A stretch of DNA of 64,000 nucleotides. Source: an uncultured Solirubrobacterales bacterium. GTDB taxonomy: Bacteria > Actinomycetota > Thermoleophilia > Solirubrobacterales > Solirubrobacteraceae. The notes below the pieces were generated by a model that was not told the DNA's origin, did no database searches, and saw only the letters and a program-made list of their open reading frames with translations. Made by a program: the position numbers and the translations under genes. How positions within the stretch are numbered: position 1 is the stretch's first letter; each line of letters starts with the position of its first letter. The DNA lies in the NCBI GenBank assembly GCA_963811445.1, contig CAWERP010000008.1, positions 2,087-66,086 of the forward strand, read 5' to 3'. Below are positions 36,378 to 45,338 of this stretch, piece by piece.

Positions 36378-37193
36378 GTGACGTTCGTCCTCATCACGGG
36401 AGCGACTCGCGGCATCGGCCAGGCGGCCGCGGTCGAGCTCGCGCGTGAAGGGTGCGAGCTCGCGCTCGTGGGTCGCGACGGCGCTCGCGTGGCAGCCGTG
36501 GCGCAGGAGGCAGAGGCCGCCGGCGGCGGCGCGCCGATCCACCAGCATGTCGCCGACCTGGCGGTGATGGCCGAGGTGCGGACCCTGGCCGAGGAGGTCC
36601 GCACGCGCTACGCGCAGATCGACGTGCTGGCCAACAACGCCGGAGCGGTCTTCGCTTCTCGCAAGGAGACCTCGGAGGGCCTCGAGCAGACGTTCGCGCT
36701 GAATCACCTCGCGCCGTTCCTGCTGACCGCCCTGCTGCGCGATCGCCTCGACGGCGGGCGCGTCGTGACCACGTCCTCGGACGCCCACAAGGCGGGACGC
36801 CTGGATCTCGACGACCTGCAGTCGGAGAGGTCCTACTCCGCGATGCGGGTGTACGGCACCTCGAAGCTCTGCAACATCCTCTTCACCCGCGAGCTTGCCA
36901 AGCGCGCGCCGGAGCTCCACGTCAACTGCTTTCATCCGGGAGTCGTGCGCACGGGCTTCGGCAAGAACGAAAACGGGATCTTCAGGGTCCTCACCACGCT
37001 GGGCGGGCCGTTCCTGCGCTCTCCGCAGCGCGGCGCCCGCTCGCTGGTCTGGCTGGCGCGGTCCGATGACGCGTCCGGCCTAACCGGCCGGTACGTCGTC
37101 GACGAGAAGGTCCGGCTGCCGAGCGCACAGGCGCAGGACGACACGCTGGCCGCCGGCCTGTGGGAACGCAGCGCCGAGCTCGCCGGTCTGTGA
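36378..37193 (+). CDS. SDR-family oxidoreductase
   Basis: VLITGATRGIGQAAAVELAREG, LANNAG, YGTSKLCNILFTRELA (YxxxK). Confidence 0.8.
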   Translation: MTFVLITGATRGIGQAAAVELAREGCELALVGRDGARVAAVAQEAEAAGGGAPIHQHVADLAVMAEVRTLAEEVRTRYAQIDVLANNAGAVFASRKETSEGLEQTFALNHLAPFLLTALLRDRLDGGRVVTTSSDAHKAGRLDLDDLQSERSYSAMRVYGTSKLCNILFTRELAKRAPELHVNCFHPGVVRTGFGKNENGIFRVLTTLGGPFLRSPQRGARSLVWLARSDDASGLTGRYVVDEKVRLPSAQAQDDTLAAGLWERSAELAGL

Positions 37194-37287
37194 GCCCTTC
37201 CCGGGCGGCTCGCGCCGGACTCGGCGGCGACCGCCTGACCGAGGCGCCGCCGAGCGACGGGGCGCCTCGATCGGTCGGTCGCGCGGC

Positions 37288-38121
37288 TCAAGCGCCCGCA
37301 CCGGGCGCTCCCGCGTAGCGCAGCGAGCCGGGCGTCGTCAGCAGCTCCCCGGTCTCGAGCAGCGTCTTCAGGCCGGAGAGGATCATCGGCCAGCCGCCGT
37401 AGAGTTCTTCGTTGGCCCCCTCGCGGAGCTGGTCGTGGGTGACCGTGAGCCGGCACGAGTCGCCGACCGGCTCGATCTCCCAGGTGACCCGTGAGGTGTC
37501 TTCGGAGTTGACGTCCCGGGCGGGCCCGCCGGCCGGTCCATCCGCACCACTCCCCCACCGGGCGTTGAAGCTCTGAACGAGCCGGCGCGGCGGTTCGACC
37601 TGCAGGTTCTCGCCCTCGGCGATCAGCATGGATCCCGAGGCGGCGGTGTATCGCGAGCCCGGCGTCCAGTCCGACTCGACGCCCACGCCGAAGTTGTACT
37701 TGCGCCTCTGCTCGGCGTCGGTGATCGCCTCCCAGAGGCGCTCCGGGGTCGTCTTGATGTAGATCTCGAAAACCTTCTCCATGTCGTTCTCCTCGATGTC
37801 GTGCTTGAGCCTTGAAAGGCCCGCGGCCCAGGGCTCGGCGTACTTGCTCACCCACCGGTCGTGGACGAGCCGGATGGGCACGGGGTTCAGGAAGTGCAGC
37901 TTCTCCCGCCCACGCCTCTTCGTGGTCACGAGCCCCGCCTGCTCGAGCACCTTGAGGTGCTTCATCACGCCGAAGCGCGTCATCGCCAGACGCCGCTCGA
38001 GCGCGCTCAGCGTCTGCCCGTCGGCCCTGAACAGCTCGTCGAGCAGGCCCCGGCGCGTGGGGTCGGCAAGGGCCCTGAACACCGCATCCATGCCGGCCAT
38101 CATAGGTGACCTTTTGGTCAC
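37288..38121 (-). CDS. ArsR-family HTH fused to SRPBCC/AHSA1-like domain
   Basis: The N-terminus FRALADPTRRGLLDELFRADGQTLSALERRLAMTRFGVMKHLKVLEQAGLV is an ArsR wHTH. From MEKVFEIYIKTTPERLWEAITD onward the protein is Aha1/SRPBCC-like. One uninterrupted frame. Confidence 0.7.
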   Translation of the reverse strand: MTKRSPMMAGMDAVFRALADPTRRGLLDELFRADGQTLSALERRLAMTRFGVMKHLKVLEQAGLVTTKRRGREKLHFLNPVPIRLVHDRWVSKYAEPWAAGLSRLKHDIEENDMEKVFEIYIKTTPERLWEAITDAEQRRKYNFGVGVESDWTPGSRYTAASGSMLIAEGENLQVEPPRRLVQSFNARWGSGADGPAGGPARDVNSEDTSRVTWEIEPVGDSCRLTVTHDQLREGANEELYGGWPMILSGLKTLLETGELLTTPGSLRYAGAPGAGA

Positions 38122-38303
38122 TTGTCAAGGTCCGAACATGGTTGATCGGCGACGCCCTGCGGCGCGGACCTCCTCCGACCATCAAGGGGTCGAACGCCGA
38201 TGGTCTGCGACGGCGGCGCGAGCCTCCTTGGACCCGGCTGGCCGCATGGCCGCTGCGCGGGGAGCCGGTAGCCTTGCGGCGACCACTATGTGAGGAGACG
38301 CAG

Positions 38304-38696
38304 ATGGCAGACTGCACCGTGAAGAAGATCGGCGAGATGGAGGGGGCGTTCGGGGGCGGCATGCGGCGAGCCCGCGCGGAGCTCGGCATCAACTCGTTCG
38401 GGATGCAGATCGAGGAATTCCCGCCCAACTTCGACCAGTACCCCGACCACAACCACAGCCACGATGGTCAGGAAGAGGTCTACGTGGTGCTGCGGGGAAC
38501 CGCCGAGATCGAGGTCGACGGCGAGCGATTCGCGCTGGACCCCGAGACGATCGTGCGGGTCGGTCCCGGCGCCAGCAGGCGAATCTTCGCCGGCCCCGAG
38601 GGTGTCCGCGTGCTGGCGCTCGGCGGCGTGCCGGGCAAGGCCTACGAGGCGCCCGAGTTCAGCAAGCTCGGCGCGCCGGACACGACGGGCGCTTAG
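38304..38696 (+). CDS. cupin-domain protein
   Basis: GAGGAG upstream of ATG 38304. HDGQEEVYVVLRGTAEIEVDGERFAL is a cupin barrel. Roughly half its residues are shared with ORF 62430..62840. Confidence 0.7.
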   Translation: MADCTVKKIGEMEGAFGGGMRRARAELGINSFGMQIEEFPPNFDQYPDHNHSHDGQEEVYVVLRGTAEIEVDGERFALDPETIVRVGPGASRRIFAGPEGVRVLALGGVPGKAYEAPEFSKLGAPDTTGA

Positions 38697-38726
38697 AAGG
38701 CTGCGAACGGTCGAGCGCAGCGGCCC

Positions 38727-39170
38727 TCAGCCGTTGCGCTCCCGCACGCCGATCTTCCCGACGGCGAACCTCAGGCCCTCGCAACGGACGCAGGCCACGC
38801 AGCCGATGCATCCCCGGCAGCCGAGGCACGCCACGCACGCCACGCAACGGTGAGTGGCGAGCGAGAGGAGCGTCAGCACCGATCCGCTGGTGGCGAGACT
38901 GCCGAGGGTCGCGACGCTTCCTGCGGTGGCTACGCTTCCCGCGGTGGCGACGCTCCCGGCGGTGGCGACGCTCCCGGCGGTCGCGACGCTGCACGCCGTG
39001 GCCGCGCTTCCGGCCGTCGCCGCCGACAGCGCGGTGGCGACGCTGCCGGCGGTGGCGGCGCTGCGCAGGGTGGCCACGCTGTGCGCGGTCGAGTGAGCGC
39101 CCCCGGACGGGTCTTTCGCGTTTCGCCGGAACACACCAGGTCGCTGTCGGCTTCTGCCAGGCGCCCGCAT
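38727..39170 (-). CDS. hypothetical tandem-repeat protein: 13 hexapeptide units (xS[VA]ATx) plus a (Cys-x-x)8 tail
   Basis: 147-aa ATG-initiated ORF, in the same frame as the upstream WS/DGAT (separated by TGA and 3 codons). In the Cys region 38 of 42 codons end in G/C. A plus-strand frame has equally high GC3, so coding status is unproven. Confidence 0.35.
   Translation of the reverse strand: MRAPGRSRQRPGVFRRNAKDPSGGAHSTAHSVATLRSAATAGSVATALSAATAGSAATACSVATAGSVATAGSVATAGSVATAGSVATLGSLATSGSVLTLLSLATHRCVACVACLGCRGCIGCVACVRCEGLRFAVGKIGVRERNG
38781..39086. repeat. tandem array of 8 x 9 bp followed by about 11 x 18 bp
   Basis: GCA recurs every 9 nt from 38781 to 38846. 18-bp units such as ggtggcgacgctcccggc run from 38889 to 39086, with two identical copies at 38943 and 38961. 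Confidence 0.85.
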
Positions 39171-39179
39171 GGAGTGCGC

Positions 39180-40757
39180 TCAGTCCCGCGCGGCGGCGCG
39201 CCTTCCGCTCTTGCCAGAAGCTGGCCTTCCACCCTTGCGGGGCTCGGGCCTTGCACCATTCAGGGCGGCCTTCCCGTCATTCTGCGGGGCGGCTCCCGCG
39301 CCGTTTCCCGGGGCGCTCGTTGCGCCGTTCCGCGGAGCGGCCTTCGCGCGCTTGCGCGGGGCGGGCTTGACCGGAACGGTCTTGACCGGGGAGACCACTG
39401 CCAGCAGACCCGCCATTCCCCGCTCGATGCCCGCCGCCAGCACGCCGATGTCGGGGGCGCTGTCGTAGTCGCCGGTGATGCCAAAGTAGAGGCCGCCGTC
39501 GTAAGAGAAGATCGCCACGACGATGCGGATCGATCCCACGACCGGGACGAACGGATAGGACTCGAGCATGCGGCGGCCGAGCGTCTGGACCGGCTGCTGC
39601 GGACCGGGGACGTTGGTCGTCGCCGTGTGCATGTTGAGCCGCGGTGAGAGCGTCACCAGCCGGCTTCCGAGGGCCAGCAGCAGCGGGGGCGCGAAGCCCG
39701 ACAGCGACGTGAGCACGTCTCCGGCGACGGCTTGCTTTGACTGCTTGACCCCGTCCATCTCGGCGCGAATCTGCTCCAGCCGCCGCACCGGATCGGGCAG
39801 GCCGACCGGCAGGCTCGCGAACACCGCGGAGACGCGATTGTTGTAGACGCCCTTCTCCCCTCGCCGGCGTACCGACACGGGGACCATCGTGCGGATGACG
39901 CTGCGCTCGGCGATCTCCTCGCCGCGAGACTCGAGCAGCTCGCGGAACCCATTCGTGATGAGGGTAAGCACGACGTCATTGACGGTCCCACCGAGCGCCA
40001 CCCGCACTGCCTTCACGTCGGTCAGGCGAACAGCGGCCCAGCTCCACCGCCGATGGGGGCCGATGGGACCCGTCAGCGAGGAGGCCGCCACGGGACGCAG
40101 GGTGCGAGTTGCCGCGAGCGTGGCCCGCGCGATCTCCGCGAGCGAGCTGAGCGTTTCCCGGGGCGCGCGCAGCCCCTGCTCGAGCACGTCCAGCGCCCCG
40201 GCGGGACTCGCACGACGCATCGCCGTGCGCACGAGCATCTCGATCCAGGAGGGCTCCGGCGCGGCCGACCACGCGCCGGCGTCCGTGCGTGCGGTGCCGT
40301 CGGAGAACATGACGGACATCAGATCGGTGGCAGCCACGCCATCGACCATGCAGTGGTGGACCTTCGAGAGCAGCGCCCAGCGCCCGTCGCGCAGACCCTC
40401 GACCATCCACAGCTCCCATAGGGGCTTGCTCCTGTCGAGGTGCTGGGAGAAGACCCGGCCGGCCATCTGGCGCAGCTGGTCCTCGGTTCCCGGCGGCGGG
40501 ATCGCGGTGTGCCGCAGGTGGTAGTCCAGGCTGAAGTGCGGGTCGTCGATCCAGGCCGGCGATCCCACGGCGAGCGGCGCCATTCGTACCTTCTGCCGGT
40601 AGCGGGGCACGAGCCCGAGCTTTCCCTCGACCATCGCACGCAGGTCCTCGAACGGCGGTGGCGGGCCGGCGAAGATGCTCACCCCGCCGATGTGCATGGG
40701 CGTGATGGCGTTCTCCACGTGCAGGAACGACGAGTCGATCGGGCTCATCCACTCCAT
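39180..40757 (-). CDS. wax ester synthase/diacylglycerol acyltransferase (WS/DGAT)
   Basis: SPIDSSFLHVE N-terminus, catalytic HHCMVDG, a conserved C-terminal domain (NRVSAVFASLP, TTNVPGP), and a basic low-complexity tail. The start may be ATG 40748, which overlaps the hydrolase stop as ATGA. Confidence 0.85.
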   Translation of the reverse strand: MEWMSPIDSSFLHVENAITPMHIGGVSIFAGPPPPFEDLRAMVEGKLGLVPRYRQKVRMAPLAVGSPAWIDDPHFSLDYHLRHTAIPPPGTEDQLRQMAGRVFSQHLDRSKPLWELWMVEGLRDGRWALLSKVHHCMVDGVAATDLMSVMFSDGTARTDAGAWSAAPEPSWIEMLVRTAMRRASPAGALDVLEQGLRAPRETLSSLAEIARATLAATRTLRPVAASSLTGPIGPHRRWSWAAVRLTDVKAVRVALGGTVNDVVLTLITNGFRELLESRGEEIAERSVIRTMVPVSVRRRGEKGVYNNRVSAVFASLPVGLPDPVRRLEQIRAEMDGVKQSKQAVAGDVLTSLSGFAPPLLLALGSRLVTLSPRLNMHTATTNVPGPQQPVQTLGRRMLESYPFVPVVGSIRIVVAIFSYDGGLYFGITGDYDSAPDIGVLAAGIERGMAGLLAVVSPVKTVPVKPAPRKRAKAAPRNGATSAPGNGAGAAPQNDGKAALNGARPEPRKGGRPASGKSGRRAAARD

Positions 40758-41506
40758 GCGGTCTCCCCGGAGTCGTCGAGCACGCGGTCGAGCACCTCGT
40801 AGACCTCGCGATGGACCGACATGCCGCAGTGGCTCGAGTTGACGTGCACCCGCTCGGCATGCGGGTCAAGGCACGCCTTCCAGTCGACGATCCCGTCGCT
40901 GCGCGAATGCACGGCGATCACGGCGATGTCCGGCTCGATGCGGGCGTTCAGATCCGCGCGGAAGCTCGCACAGCACTCGCCTTCCTTGCAGGTGCTCGAG
41001 AACACCCCGGGCAGGCCGAGGTCCCCGAGCCTGGCCACCCAGCGCACCGTCTGCAGCACCGGAGTGGATACCGCGAGCGGGTCGCGGACCGGCGTCCCCA
41101 GCATGACGAGCCCCGAGACGATGTCTGGATTGCGCACCGCCAGGGAGCGGGCCAGCGCGCCGCCGCGGCTCTGGCCGATCAGGAACACCGGCCGGCCGGA
41201 CGCCCCGGCGAGGTCGCTCAGGGTGTCCTGCAGCCCGCCGAGCATCCGCTCGGCGCAGTCGACGTTGGCACGGATCCCGCTCATCGATACCCGATGTCCG
41301 CGCCGGCGCAGCCAGCCCCTCAGCATGACCATGGAGGCGTCTCCCGCCATGAAGCCCGGGATCAGGAGGACCGGCTGCGCGTCGGCCCGGCGGCGCGGCG
41401 CCCGGAACTCGCCGTCGGCGAGCAGTCGGGCTAGCTCGCGGCTGTAGCGCAGCTCGCCCCACAGGTGCGCGACCGACGACCGCGTGGCTGTCACGTCACC
41501 GGCCAT
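40745..41506 (-). CDS. alpha/beta hydrolase (lipase/esterase-like)
   Basis: PVLLIPGFMAGD, nucleophile elbow GQSRGG, and a downstream HSRSDGIV / HCGM pattern. Confidence 0.7.
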   Translation of the reverse strand: MAGDVTATRSSVAHLWGELRYSRELARLLADGEFRAPRRRADAQPVLLIPGFMAGDASMVMLRGWLRRRGHRVSMSGIRANVDCAERMLGGLQDTLSDLAGASGRPVFLIGQSRGGALARSLAVRNPDIVSGLVMLGTPVRDPLAVSTPVLQTVRWVARLGDLGLPGVFSSTCKEGECCASFRADLNARIEPDIAVIAVHSRSDGIVDWKACLDPHAERVHVNSSHCGMSVHREVYEVLDRVLDDSGETAWSG

Positions 41507-41574
41507 GAGTCAAATAGAGTACGCCGATAGGCTTCGCGCTGGGAAACGCGACCGGGAGAGGGAAGCGATTCGCG

Positions 41575-43014
41575 ATGAGGCAGGTTCCGCCACTCGATGC
41601 CGTTTGGCTCGCGCTCGAGTCGCGCGACACACCGATGCACGTCGGCGCGCTGTTCCAGTTCACGCTCCCGGACGACGCGCCCGCCGACTACCTGAAGCAG
41701 GAGTTCGAGCGAATGCGCGAGACGCACACGATTCCGGCTCCCTGGAACCTGAAACTCGTGGAGGGGCCTCTCCTCGGCCCGCGCGTGCCGCTGATGCGTG
41801 AGATCCGGGACGTCGACCTCGACTACCACGTCCGCCACTCGGCGCTCCCGCACCCCGGCGGCCAGCGCGAGCTCGGGATCCTCGTCTCCCGCCTGCACAG
41901 CAACGAGCTCGATCTCCATCGCCCGCTCTGGGAGGTTCACCTGATCGAGGGCCTCGAGGGCAACCGCTTCGCCCTCTACACGAAGATGCACCACTCGCTG
42001 ATCGACGGCGTCAGCGGGATGCGCCTGATCATGCGCGCGTTCTCCACCGATCCCGACCGGCGCGGGATGCCCCCCTTCTGGACCACCGGCGCGGGTGAGC
42101 GCCCGCGACCCGCGGAAGGCGACGATCACGCGCAGTCGCTGCTCGGGCGCCCGCTCGGCGCGGTGCGCGGCGGCGCCGCCGCGCTCGCCGGTCTCTCAAA
42201 AGCGGCATTCGACCTCGCCCTCGCGGCAGTCGACAACCGGGCGCTGCAGGCCCCCTACCGCGCGCCCGACTCGGCGCTCGGCGGACACCTTGGCGGGCAG
42301 CGTCGCTTCGCCACGCAGCAGTACGAGCTGAAGCGCCTCAGGGCGCTGGCGCGGGCCGCGAACTGCACCCTGAACGACATCGTGCTCTACCTGAGCGGCA
42401 GCGCTCTGCGTCGCTATCTCGCCGAGCACGCTCGGGTCCCCGAGCGTTCGCTCACCGCCGGGATCCCCGTGAACCTGCGCGAGGCCGACGACCAGTCGAT
42501 GGGCACGGCCGTGGGAATGATGGTCGCGGAGCTCGGTACCAACGTGGCCCACCCCCTCGAGCGCCTCGACGCGATCAAGCGATCGACCGCGCAGGCCAAG
42601 CGCCATCTCGCAGAGCTTCCGCCGGAGGCGCGGACGTCCTACACGCTGCTCATCACCGGGCCCTACATCGCCGGTCTGATCGCCGGCCTCGGCGGCCGTT
42701 CTCCGATCCCGTTCAACATCGGCATATCCAACGTACCCGGCCCGACCGAGCCGCTCTACTTCAACGGCTCGCGCCTGGACTCGCTCTCACCGCTCTCGCT
42801 CCTCTTGCACGGCAACGCGCTGAACATCACGTGCGTGAGCTACGCCGGCACGCTGAACTTCGGGTTCACCGGTGCGCGCGACACGCTACCGCGCCTGCAG
42901 CGCCTGGCCATCTACATGGGCGAGGAGCTTCAGGAGATCGAGCGGCTCCTGCTCGGCAAGCGCACGCCGACGCGCCGGCGCACCCGGCCGGCCTCGCGCG
43001 CCGCCCGCTCGTAG
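41575..43014 (+). CDS. wax ester synthase/diacylglycerol acyltransferase (WS/DGAT), second copy
   Basis: LDAVWLALESRDTPMHVG, catalytic HHSLIDG, ISNVPGP. Divergent from the hydrolase across 68 bp. Confidence 0.85.
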   Translation: MRQVPPLDAVWLALESRDTPMHVGALFQFTLPDDAPADYLKQEFERMRETHTIPAPWNLKLVEGPLLGPRVPLMREIRDVDLDYHVRHSALPHPGGQRELGILVSRLHSNELDLHRPLWEVHLIEGLEGNRFALYTKMHHSLIDGVSGMRLIMRAFSTDPDRRGMPPFWTTGAGERPRPAEGDDHAQSLLGRPLGAVRGGAAALAGLSKAAFDLALAAVDNRALQAPYRAPDSALGGHLGGQRRFATQQYELKRLRALARAANCTLNDIVLYLSGSALRRYLAEHARVPERSLTAGIPVNLREADDQSMGTAVGMMVAELGTNVAHPLERLDAIKRSTAQAKRHLAELPPEARTSYTLLITGPYIAGLIAGLGGRSPIPFNIGISNVPGPTEPLYFNGSRLDSLSPLSLLLHGNALNITCVSYAGTLNFGFTGARDTLPRLQRLAIYMGEELQEIERLLLGKRTPTRRRTRPASRAARS

Positions 43015-43065
43015 CCGACCGGCGCGGTCCTGGGCGGGCAGGCCGGGCACTGCTCCGCCGGACGC

Positions 43066-44442
43066 TCACCGGCGCCCTGACAGCGCGTCCACGAGCCGGC
43101 CGAGCCGCGAGGGCCCCCGGCGCAGCCGCTCGTTGCGATCGGCGCGGCGGTACAGCGAGTAGGCCCCGCGGATCGCGGCCCAGCGGGCGGGCTCGGGCTC
43201 CCACAGCCGCGGGCGGCGCCCCACGCACGGCAGCGCCGTGAGGCTGCTCTGCTCGCCGAGCACGAGGTCGCGCAGCGTGCGTCCGGCCAGGTTCGCGGCG
43301 GCCACCCCCTCGCCGACGTAGCCGCCCGCCGAGGCGAGCCCGGAGCCCGGATCCGCCCGAACGGAGATGCACCAGTCGCGCGACACGCCGAGCACGCCCG
43401 ACCACGCGTGATCCACGTTCGCGCCGGCCGCAGCCGGGAACATCGCGACGAGCTTCTCGTGCAGGCTCTTGACGGTCGCGCTCGCCGTATCGCCGGACCC
43501 GTCCGTCCGCGAGCCGAACCGATAGGGCACGCCGCGACCCCCGATGGCGATGCGCCCGTCCGGGGTGCGCTGCAGGTAGACGAAGACGTGCGCCGCGTCG
43601 TTCACCACCTCCCGGCCCGCCCAGCCGATCTGCTCCCACACCTCGGCAGGAAGGGGGTCCGTGATGATCATCGAGCTGTTCATCGGCACAAGCGCCCGGC
43701 GCAGGCCGCGCAGGCCGGCGGTGTATCCCTCGGTGGCGCGAACCACCCAGCGGGCGCGCACGGCCCCGGCCGGCGTGATCGCCTCCCGCGGCCGGATCTC
43801 GCTGACCGGCGTGCCCTCATGGATCGTCACGCCGAGCCGCTCGACCTGCGCGGCCAGGCCGGCGAGCAGCTTGGCCGGGTGCACGCTCGCGACGTGCGGA
43901 GAGAAGGTCGCGCCGCGCGCGCCTGCGACCCTCAGCCGATCCTCGAGCTCTCCGCGGCTCAGCTCGCGCAGGTCCTCCTCGCCGAGCCCGTGCGCGCGGC
44001 CGCCGGCCACCATCTCGCGCAGGCGCAGCGCCTGAGGCTCGTTGAGAGCCACGCTCAGGTGTCCGGCCTTCAGGAAGTCCGCGTCGATCTCGTTGTCGGC
44101 CAGCACGCGGCCGACCTCATCGACGGTCTCGAACATCGCCCGCTGGAGCGCCGCGAAGCCCGCGGGCCCGCCGCGCCGCTCGTACACGCGCGCAGGTCCG
44201 GAGAAGAAGCCCGACACCCAGCCGCCGTTTCGACCGGAGGCGCCGAAGCCCGCGACCTCGCGCTCCAGGACGACGATGCGAAGCGCCGGTTCGGCCCGCT
44301 TGAGGTAATAGGCGGTCCACAGGCCGGTGTAGCCGGCCCCCACGATCGCGACGTCGGCCTCGGCCGGCCCGGAGAGCGCGGGACGCGCCGGTCCCGGGCC
44401 GCCCACCGACCGCCACCAGAAGCCCAGCTCGCCGGTTCGCAT
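43066..44442 (-). CDS. FAD-dependent oxidoreductase (DAO family)
   Basis: ADVAIVGAGYTGLWTAYYL dinucleotide-binding motif and GASGRNGGW. 458 aa. Confidence 0.75.
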   Translation of the reverse strand: MRTGELGFWWRSVGGPGPARPALSGPAEADVAIVGAGYTGLWTAYYLKRAEPALRIVVLEREVAGFGASGRNGGWVSGFFSGPARVYERRGGPAGFAALQRAMFETVDEVGRVLADNEIDADFLKAGHLSVALNEPQALRLREMVAGGRAHGLGEEDLRELSRGELEDRLRVAGARGATFSPHVASVHPAKLLAGLAAQVERLGVTIHEGTPVSEIRPREAITPAGAVRARWVVRATEGYTAGLRGLRRALVPMNSSMIITDPLPAEVWEQIGWAGREVVNDAAHVFVYLQRTPDGRIAIGGRGVPYRFGSRTDGSGDTASATVKSLHEKLVAMFPAAAGANVDHAWSGVLGVSRDWCISVRADPGSGLASAGGYVGEGVAAANLAGRTLRDLVLGEQSSLTALPCVGRRPRLWEPEPARWAAIRGAYSLYRRADRNERLRRGPSRLGRLVDALSGRR

Positions 44443-44535
44443 CGCCCCTAGAGCAGCACGGTCAGGCCGATCACGACACAGACCGAGAGTCGGCGATGGG
44501 GTGCAGCACCACGTCGCCCAGCGTAACGCCGGCGC

Positions 44536-44853
44536 CTAGCCTGGGTTGAGGTCGGCGAGGTCCACGGTGCTCGCGATCGTGTGGAACTTGACGTCCGGCG
44601 CAGCGACGACCGCGCCGGGCACCGCCGCCATGAACTCGGCAATGTGCGGCGTGCCGAAATGCCTCTGCAGCGCCTCCTGGCTCTCCCATTCCTCGACGAA
44701 AACGAACTCGTTCTCGATCTCGCTGTCCTCGTAGATCCGATAGCTCAAGCATCCCTCCTCGGCGCGCGAGGCCCTCGCGACCGCCTGCGCTATGCGGATG
44801 AGCTCGTCCCGCCTGGGCGCATCGGTCACGACTCTCCCAACCACGACGATCAT
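44536..44853 (-). CDS. antibiotic-biosynthesis-monooxygenase (ABM) family protein
   Basis: GCLSYRIYEDSEIENEFVFVEEWESQEALQRHFGTPH is the canonical ABM pattern. Confidence 0.8.
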   Translation of the reverse strand: MIVVVGRVVTDAPRRDELIRIAQAVARASRAEEGCLSYRIYEDSEIENEFVFVEEWESQEALQRHFGTPHIAEFMAAVPGAVVAAPDVKFHTIASTVDLADLNPG

Positions 44854-44969
44854 CTCCTGAGCTCCCCTCTCGATTGCCAGGGCCCGGCCGCCGCAGTGCC
44901 GCGGCGGGGGCGGAGCGCGGAGCCTACCCGGGACGGGGTCCGGCGCATCGGCCGCGACGCCCGACGGGA

Positions 44970-45338
44970 GTGATCGCCTTCATCTTCGCCGACCTGATCA
45001 TCGTGCCGATCGTGTTGATCTATCGCAAGTACTACGGGGGGGCCTTCGCGTGGCGGATCGTCGCGCTGATGTTCGTGACGATGGTGCTCGCCGCGCTGAT
45101 CGTGGACGGCCTGTTCAGCGCCGCCGGGCTCATCCCCTCGGTGCGACCGGCCCGCGCGGACATCTTCGGCTCGATCACCGTGGACTACAAGCTGTTCGCG
45201 AACATCGCAGGCTTGGCGATCTTCGCGGGCCTCTTCTGGTTGACGACACGTCGGGCGCCCGCAGATCCACATCACCCCTCGCGGGTCTATTCTCAAGCGA
45301 TGAAGGCGATGCGCCCGCGGCGCGAGATCGGCCGTTGA
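44970..45338 (+). pseudogene. C-terminal remnant of a permease (ArsP/DUF318-like)
   Basis: Only about 120 aa (VIAFIFADLIIVPIVLIYRKYYGG..., 3 TM) remain. Upstream sequence in this frame is Arg/Pro-rich non-protein-like text. The stop overlaps the next ATG (TGATG). Confidence 0.45.

Noticed and set aside
38854-39096. Plus-strand 80-aa ORF reading the 18-bp array as VATLPA repeats
   Set aside because: It starts at a GTG immediately after an in-frame stop, is not preceded by an SD, and does not extend over the 9-bp array. The minus-strand frame is longer, ATG-initiated and covers both arrays. I kept it as the alternative in the finding because composition cannot exclude it.
38727-39170. Calling the repeat ORF a lanthipeptide or RiPP gene cluster
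   Set aside because: No dehydratase, cyclase, radical-SAM maturase, protease or transporter is adjacent. Only an analogy in residue composition exists, so I report it as a hypothesis, not a call.
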